64,000 nucleotides of DNA from the NCBI RefSeq assembly GCF_018350175.1, contig NC_058368.1, positions 116,748,001-116,812,000 of the forward strand, written 5' to 3'. How positions within the stretch are numbered: position 1 is the first letter of the stretch; each line of letters begins with the position of its first letter. This document shows, one piece after another, positions 55,752-64,000 of the stretch. This DNA comes from Felis catus (Eukaryota). The notes beneath the pieces are model-generated. The model was not told where the DNA came from, ran no database searches, and saw nothing but the letters and a program-made list of their open reading frames with translations. A program made the translations under genes and the position numbers.

Positions 55752-56332
55752 TGGGCTGCCTGGGTGACTCAGTCCATTAAGCATCTGATTTTTGATTTTA
55801 GCTTAGGTCATAATCCCAGGGTTCTGGCATCGAGCCCTGTGTTGGGCTCCACACTGAGCGTGGAGCCTGCTTAAGATTCTCTCTCTCTCCCTGTGCCCCT
55901 CTCCCCCTCTTGTGCACACACTCTCTCTAAAATAATCATTTTTTAAAGTTATAAAAAAATGAAGGGACACCTGAGTGGCTCAGTTGGTTAAGCATCCGAC
56001 TCTTGATTTAGGCTTAGGTCATGATCTCACAGTTCATGAGTTTGAGCCCTGCGTTTGGCTCTACACTAACAGCATGGTTTCTCCTTCTCTCTCTGCCCGT
56101 CTCTCAGTCTCAGTCTGTCTCTCTCAAAATAAATAAATAAACTTAAAAAAGAATACAGTGAGTTTGTTTTGTTCTGACTTCTGCAATTAAAATTCTTACA
56201 CCCTAATTTGGGGCACCTGAGTGGCCCAGTGGGTTGGGCATCTGACGCTTGATTTTGGGTCAGGTCATGATCCCAGGGTCATGAGATAAAGCTTCATGTC
56301 AAACTCTGCACTGAGCATGGAGCCTGCTTGGG

Positions 56333-56379
<47 letters not shown>

Positions 56380-56460
56380 GCCCCCCTCTGCTCCTCTCCC
56401 CAGCTTGCTTGCACATGCTCTCTCCCAACTCTGTCTAAAAAACAAAACAAAACAAACAAT
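55752..56460 (+). mobile_element. Three tandem older Can-SINEs
   Basis: SINE heads at ~55752, ~55964 and ~56211, each with (CT)n and an A-rich tail. Confidence 0.85.
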
Positions 56461-58269
56461 TCTTACACCCTAACTGAAAGCATTTTTTCTTTACAAATTC
56501 TGAGATTTAAAAATTTTAAAAAGAATAGACATAAGCTAAAAATAAATGGAAATACAATGCACATATTTCTCAAGGGTTAGGTTCCAAAATAAATATGTAT
56601 GGTGAATATTATCTTTAAGTAATAGTAAGCTTGAAAATCACGTACATTTTAACAAGTACAATTTTCCTGGTTGTATTGGTACCACCTTACAAAGAAATTC
56701 TCATTGATGCTGAAATTTGAGAACCGCTAAACTTATGTAAATCAGGGAAGAAAAGAAATGTCTATATCTAGACATTCAAATTTTTCTGCCTTTAAGATAA
56801 ATGATGAATGAGGGTTTGTTGGAGAATTACAAAGTTTCTGCTTGCCTACAGGGTTTACTCCAAACACTTTTAACGTTGACTCAATAATCTTGATGTATAT
56901 TGAAATATTTCTTTAATGAGATTGGCACATACTAGATTATGAATGCTTGATGAATTTGAATTTAAATCTTGCTTAATTAGACCAACATACAAGAGTTTTG
57001 GAATACTTATATGGAGAAAAATGTGATTTACTATTTCCTGCATTTCCAAGTTGGCATTTCCTGTTTACTACCATTGAATCCCTTCATAATTTTTTTTTTC
57101 AAAATATATTGGCCCATGGGGAAGTAAGATTAGGAAATGATTAATGATAATTTTCTGGGCTTGTCTGAAACCTACAATTGCCAAGTTCTCAGAATTATAA
57201 CTGGCTTTTTCATCCAGAGATGCAGTATTCATCCTTGTACCCAGGAAATCACAGCCTGACTTTATTAGGATGGTTGCTACTTTCTTAACATATCATTATT
57301 GACCCTTGGAAAGAATGACTTTTTGTAATTTGAAAATCTCCTTTATTTCTCAACTTCTGCTAGCTTAAGGAGCACTAAATCCACATATCCTAGGAGGAAT
57401 AGCTGTGCAATATATCCTATGTATATATTGATTTATGAACCAATGAATGTTTCATATACAGCTGAGATTTTAAATGAGTTTATGATAATTGGATCAAAAG
57501 AATACTAGTCCAGTTTAAGAATACCATAGATAACTAATCATGGGAAGCTATGATGAAATTTTAATTATAAAGGATATTGAAAATCCTAGGGTGACAACTC
57601 TGTTATAATAGATGTAACACTGAATTGGAAAGAGAGAAAGTGAGATTTTTACCGAGATCTGCTTGAAATCAACTCTGTATTTCTACTAAATTATTGAACC
57701 ATTCTATGCCTCAGTTCTATATCTTTGTTGAAGTTACCACTCCATTGCCTTTGGTTCAATAGATTTATTAGAGAATTGTCCAATAGAGTTAAATAAAGAA
57801 AAGTCACAGTTAAAGTGTTGATTGATTGGGAAGTTTTGTGTATATTTTTTCCTATTCAGTGCTGAAAAGCTGAAGTTGGCATCAACCAACTTCAGGTTGT
57901 AGATGCATCAAGTTAAATGATTTTAAGATTTTTGAGACTGTTAGTTCGGAGGTGCTGTATGAATAGAAGCAGTACTACATTTTCCTTCTCTCTACCTAAT
58001 TCTGTCAGTTAGGTAGAGTATATACTTTTTGCTTGTGATATTAAAAAAGAGAGAGAATGCAGAAGCTTGGATTTTCCAATTCTTTTTTGACTTGTCCTTC
58101 CTTTCTCCTCAGGTTATTTGGATAATTTCATGAGACTTCTATCCCTATGCTGCCCCCTTCTTTTTTTTTTTTTTTTTTTTTTTTTTGCTAATAATCACTA
58201 GGAATTTATATACTGATTTTTTACATGCTTCATCTCAATCAACATTTGTAGTAAGTACTATGTTTTCCA

Positions 58270-58375
58270 TATATTACTAAGCTGAGTTTTAGGGAAATTA
58301 AACAACTTTTCCAAGGACACATAATTAGTAAACGGTAGAGCTAGATCTTGAATCACAGAGTCTGGTTTTACTTCA
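58270..58375 (-). mobile_element. MIR fragment
   Basis: ccaaggacacataattagtaaacggtagagctagatcttgaatc is the MIR core. Confidence 0.65.
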
Positions 58376-61038
58376 AGCAGGAGTGCTAGAAGGCGGCCCT
58401 GCCTAGGTGCATGATCTCAGCATATAATGTGATTAAAAACCTTGAAGTGGGCAGTGGGTCTGTAATTGCTAGTGGAATTTAATCCTAGATCCTACTACCT
58501 AAAAGTAAAAAAATTCTGAGGTTACCACAAAATTCAAGAATCTGTAAGTCTTTTCTAAATAACTTTAATAAAAGGAGCTTTGATAAAGTTTTTTTTAGAT
58601 AACCTTAATTCTCATCAAAATGCTTTAAAGGATCTTTTAATATTCACAGAAATACAGTACATCCTAACTTAGCTAATTTAGAGGATTTATATTTTACCCA
58701 CCTTATAACGTGTTGTGTACACATAACTGCTGAAGGAATTATGTAACAAAATCTACCACAAGGAATACACGAGTGGCATTTAAGTCAGAAAAGTCCAAGT
58801 CATTTGTAAAACCCCATTTGTAAGAAAATTGTAGGTGGGATGATGATACTGGAAGAAGAGATTGGGATATGAAATACAAATTTATTTTTATCACAATTTT
58901 GCTAATAAGGCCAGCCATTAAAAAAATTCAGACGATCCAACAGAAGTCTCTAAAAGAAAAAGAAATTTGTAGTTATGGAAATAATTGAATAGGATCCCAT
59001 ATGAAATACTTTGAAATTAATAGCTCTTGAGACCAGATAATACAATCCTTAATCAGGAATGCATGTGTAGTGGTCAGATGTCATAGTAGAATCTCAAGAA
59101 ACAGAGGCATGGAAAAAAGTTTCCTGGAGATTCTGAGCCATTATCTTCATCAATACTCATTATGCTCTTGTGAGGATTAAACTAGATAATATGTATAGGA
59201 ATAATATGTATAGAAATTCTATAGTATGTATAGAAATTCTATAATATGTATAGAAATAGTAACTCTCAAGTGCTAAGGCATCAGGAGGAAAGAGGGACCC
59301 AAAAAGTCAACAATCACTTCATACTCTGAATATATGAACAGACACTTTTGAGAAGTATCTGAGAGGTATAGTTTTGTTTTGTCCAAAGAGCAAGCAAACT
59401 GTGGCCTTTATTTAGACTGAGCTTAAGTCATATCTTAGAAAACAGTTAAATTCAAGGAACCTCAACAATATGTAAATTTTTTTTTATTTTTGAGAAAGAA
59501 AAAAAAATATCCAAATCAATGAATGCTTTGGCTAAAACCCACTTGGGAACAAAGATGTTCTTTAGTGCCAGATTCCCATCTTATTTTATTCTATGGCTAA
59601 AATCCCAAGAATTACAGAGAAGAAACAGGGCCAGATTAGGTTTTCTATTAAAATAAGAGGCCCCGAGTGATGAATGGAAACTTGGAACAGATTTTAATGC
59701 TAGCAGAAATTAGCTTAAATACAAACTTAGGAATTTCTGGCGTGTATTGAATCTCAAATAGGATATTCGTATTAATTTTAGTGAATTAGAAACATGGCTT
59801 AACCTAAGCAGTTGTTCTCATTCCAGAGAGCTCAATTTCTTGCTGGATTGGCCTGGACACTTGATGCTTCCTTGTCTTGAGTCATTGATAAAATATGGAA
59901 TGGGATAAGACCAGTGGGGGATTGCTGTATGACTCAGAATTAACCTTCGGAAGCATTAATAACACTAACATTAATTAACACTCTTTGGTACTGTTATTCA
60001 AACAGTTATGAAATCACTTAATTCTATTATGCAGCCTTTCTTAATTTTGTCTGCAAGGATATAGTGGGAGATTTTGTTTAGTTGTCTCCTTGAACTTCAG
60101 ATAGAATGTGCCTATAGCATTTCCATTATCAAAGATTCTAGCAACTGAATATCTAAAATGCCAATGAGAAATATTTTTTTTAAGTCCATGTGGTTGGTTT
60201 GATGTTATCAGTTTTTAGTTAAGCCAGTGTAGTCTCTGGTATGAATGCCTTCATTTCTAAATGCTCATAAACAATCACTTTATTGATATTAGAGTTTGAA
60301 GGAATTTATATCAAGCTCAATGGCACTTTTTTAAAAATAGGAAATTTGGTTCCCTGGTTACATCTGTAAGTGCTTCCATTACCCTGGAAGATCATTTATC
60401 TAGTTAAAGACATTTGACTTACTGCTGGCACTGATCTTAAAGTTTAAGTTCTGCTTAAACATTTCCTTCAATGAAAAATAAAGAATTTGGGTGAGATAGT
60501 TTGTAAATCTTTCAACCTTTAACATTCTATGATTTTTGTTAGGCTTTCTCCATTGAGAATACTGATTGAGAAGTGGAACCACAAAATAATTGGAACAGTT
60601 TGATTTTATCTGTCAGTATTACACTGTCTGCCCCAATCCTTTGGCCTACTCTCTCCTTAATGTTACTCATCCAAAGATAGTTTGAGTATCTTTGCTTATT
60701 CTAAGCAATTTTCAGATGCCTCAGTTAAGAATCAACAGTGTATTATATTTGTTTCTCAAAACTAAAAATATAGAGATCTTTCCCTAAAAGTTAATGCATT
60801 CTCTCTGGAGGGAAGGGAATGTGAAAAAAAAAATACCTGTAATGTTATATGAAAAATCTTTTTATCTCCCCATCTACTGGATGCTATACCTGTAAAGAAG
60901 GCTGTAAACACATTGAAAAGTATTTTACTTCTGGAGATGCATAAATATCAGAATTCCTGTTCCTTTATAACAATGTGAAATTGTTTAACTTCTTTGGACT
61001 ACACTAAACATTGGGATGTTCATGGTCTCTGTTTTTAA

Positions 61039-61043
<5 letters not shown>

Positions 61044-61085
<42 letters not shown>
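61044..61085. repeat. (TA)n microsatellite
   Basis: Direct inspection. Confidence 0.95.
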
Positions 61086-61087
<2 letters not shown>

Positions 61088-61143
61088 TCAGTTTGTGAAA
61101 CAACACAAATATACATCTTAAAAATGAAAATTAGATCCTTCCT

Positions 61144-61597
61144 GGGGCACCTGTGTGGCTCAGTGGGCTAAGCATCCAACTCTCGATTTTGGCTCAGGTC
61201 ATGATCTCGTGGTTTGAGAGATTGAGCCCTGCATTTGGCTCTGCACTGATAGTGTGGAGCCTACTTGGGATTCTCTCTCCTCTCTCTTTGCTCCTAACCA
61301 ACTCCTCCCTCTCTCTCTCTCTCAAAATAAATAAATAAATAAACTTAAGAAATTATTTTAAAAAATTAGATCCTTCCTGATTTGGCAGATACTCTTTTTA
61401 AAATTTTTTTTTAATGTTTATTTGTTTTTGAGAGAGAGACAGAGCGTGAGTGGCAGAAGAGCAGAGAGAGAGGGAGACACAGGATCCCAGGCTCTGAGCT
61501 GTCAGCAGAGCCCGACGCAGGGCTCGAACCCATGAACTGTGAGATCATGACCTGAGCCGAAGTCAGACGCTGAAGAGACTGAGCCACCCAGACACCC
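61144..61597. mobile_element. Two closely spaced, convergent SINEs (+ 61144-61365; - 61395-61597)
   Basis: Each has its own TSD (aaaattagatccttcctg; tggcagatactctt). Confidence 0.88.
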
Positions 61598-63014
61598 TGG
61601 CAGATACTCTTATCATGGCCAGCCCAAAGCCTGATCAAACTAATGGATTATGTCCCCTTGACCTATGGCCAGAAGACTCCAGATGGTTTGGTTCTAATCA
61701 TTTCAAAGTAAAATTATTTGTAATGATGCAATAATAAAGGGAAAATTTATGTGAATTAGGAGAGTTCACTGAGTGCCAATATTTTTCTTAATAGGCCTAA
61801 TTCAGTTGTGTTGTGATTGGTTTTGCTCTTGTGCCCAATGACCTCACGATAGATGTATTTTACAAATGCAATTAAGGGATACAATTGAGGAATACTATTT
61901 AAAAGTTATTATCTACCAAGGGGATACACAAAACCATGTCTACTATGGCACTTCTCTCATCATGTCACTTTTCCTGTTGGTTATATAAGCAGCAAATACC
62001 TGTACTTTATAAGTTATAATTACAATACAAAGTAGAAAAAGCAATAACATAATACTTTTGGGCAGAGCCTTTTTTAAAGTCCAGCAACTTTATTAGTGGG
62101 ATTCAGTTCTCCAGGTTTGAAATACTTGTATTTCAAATATTAAAGGAAGAAATCTATAGTAAGGTCATTTCAGACTCTTGAGCCCTCTCTCCATTAGAAA
62201 TGGTCTGTTCGTATACAACAAAGAGGACAAGCCTGAATTGTAGCAACTCTTGAATTTGCTAAAAAAGGATCTGAAGAAAATTACACAATCATCATTTATT
62301 GTGAGTTTATAAGGTCTCCCACACTGTGAAGAATACACAGAAATAGAAGGCATGGCTTCTACTTGCAGGTTGCTTATAATTCAGGTAAAGAAACGCTACT
62401 AAAGCTTTTGGATGAATTAAAGAATGACACATGTCAGCATTCAGAAATATGTGGTAGACTGTGAAAGGGGGGAAAGGCCATTGTGATTAGAATAGACAAT
62501 GTTTTATGGATTAGGTGAGTTTTAAGATGGATTTTTGGAACGTATATAAGACTTAGGGGGAGAAAAAAGAAGAAGCTATTTCTATCTGAGACAATTGCAC
62601 AAGTTGTAAATTTAGTTCTGTTCAAAAACATTAATTAAGTGCCTCTGTGCCAAGCACTATACTGGGTGCTGAAGATGACAGCATGCTTAGGAACTCTTTC
62701 GTACCCTGTTGCTAAAGTATTTTCACGTATCCTAAAAAGGTGAATCTCTCTCTTGTGAGGAAGTAAATCCCGTGGAGGAATTCTCATGACAGAAGTCCCT
62801 TTTCCTTGGTGATATAAAATGGGAGTGGTTTTTATTTTCAAAATACAGGATAATCTCTAGAAGTAATTGGAAAGCTTAACTTTGGAGCTCACTCGGCTTC
62901 ATCACTGACTTCCTATCTGGCATAGTTTCAGATGCTCACCTGTGTTTGATACTTAAAGGGCTGTATATAGACTGTCAACTAAGGTATTATTTGATAATAA
63001 ATTGTTGCATTTTA

Positions 63015-63232
63015 GTAATAATAATAATAGTTATACTTGTCAGTCACTATGCAAATTGCTTTATATATATCATCCCATATAATCATAACTATCTATGAGT
63101 TTTACTTAATATTGTGTCTTCCCTGATTAAAATGAGTGAACTGAAGCTTGGGTTTCAGTGCATGTCCATGGCCACACAGTCATTGGCAAGGGTGTGAATG
63201 ACTCCAAACTCTGTGTTCCTAAACATTGTGTT
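63015..63232 (-). mobile_element. MIR remnant
   Basis: aataataatag...aactgaagcttggg...gccacacagt...tgactccaaa follows the MIR pattern. Confidence 0.6.
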
Positions 63233-64000
63233 ATTCTGCTTTTTAATAGGGGTTCTTAAAGTTCAAGGAAAGGAGTGTATAGTGAGAGAAGGAGTGGTCA
63301 AGGCATTAATATTCCTATTTCTAGACAGGACACTTGCCAGCAATGTAAGCAATCTCATTCCACCAAGTAGGAAGGTTGGCAACTTTTAAAAGGTTGGCAA
63401 GCCAATTTTTAAAAGGTTGGCAAGAGGCTAAGTACAATAGTGTGTGGAACAAAATTATTGTAATATCACAGTACAGTCAATGGGGTGCCTGGGTGGCTTA
63501 GTTGGTTGAACAGCAGGCTGTTGATTTAGGCTCAGGTTATGATCTCACAGTTCATGAGATAGAGCCCCGTGTCTGGCTCCATGCTGACAGCGTGGAACCT
63601 GCTTAGGATTCTCTCTCTCTTCTCTTCTCTCTGCCCCTCCCCTATTCACACGCACACTGTCTCTCAAAATAAATAAATAAACTTTAAAAAATATATAGTA
63701 CAATCTCTTTAGTACAATGTCTTTGAAAAGGTATCTGATTTGTGTTATCTGTTTGCCTTCCCAATCACTGAGGTAGTAAATACTAGTTGAAGCTTATGAT
63801 CCTGACACATCAAAATGGACAACCTGGCAGGTGTCCTTGCTGAAAGATGACAAAATTGCTAAAAGGCAAGCCCCGTTTTTTTGTGTTTTTTTTTCTCTAG
63901 AGATGTGACACTTGGGGGCTTCCATTAAAAACTTCACCAAGCCTTTGTCATTTTAATCTCTTCCTTAAGTGCCTTTGATCTTTTTAGGGGCACAGATCCA

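Noticed and set aside
35251..61638. Dozens of 60-100 aa ORFs of the MAQSVK...AQVMISQF type
   Set aside because: These are translations of SINE bodies and microsatellites, not genes.
63372..63425. Three copies of aaggttggcaa resembling a repeat-spacer array
   Set aside because: Short local slippage duplication in mammalian DNA, with no CRISPR-like spacer structure.

Overview
Mammalian genomic DNA from a feliform carnivore, most likely a felid judging by its young SINEC_Fc-type SINEs and carnivore L1s. The window lies inside the clustered protocadherin-alpha locus. The only resident coding exon is the large variable exon of PCDHAC1 (24631-27063, +), with a CpG-island promoter carrying a CTCF/CGCT site. 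Everything else is repeat-dense intron, and neither PCDHAC2 nor the upstream alpha exons are visible. The highlight is an intronless, fully open 552-codon RIOK2 retrocopy (14445-16103, +). It sits inside a SINE tail, inside an L1 ORF1, within a roughly 14-kb stack of nested antisense L1s. Its 5' UTR has no CpG, while its ORF keeps Arg CpG codons and the catalytic residues, which hints at purifying selection. The insertion junction creates a canonical splice acceptor. An upstream antisense L1 5' UTR offers a candidate promoter and splice donor, and the acceptor also lies in sense within the PCDHA intron. Other oddities are an apparent L1 3' transduction of an MLT1 LTR, an L1 insertion with a ~2.1-kb target deletion, and an LTR-derived element with ~180-bp terminal inverted repeats and a single 4-bp TSD. 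Repeat family names and comparisons to human proteins come from recall, not from database searches.
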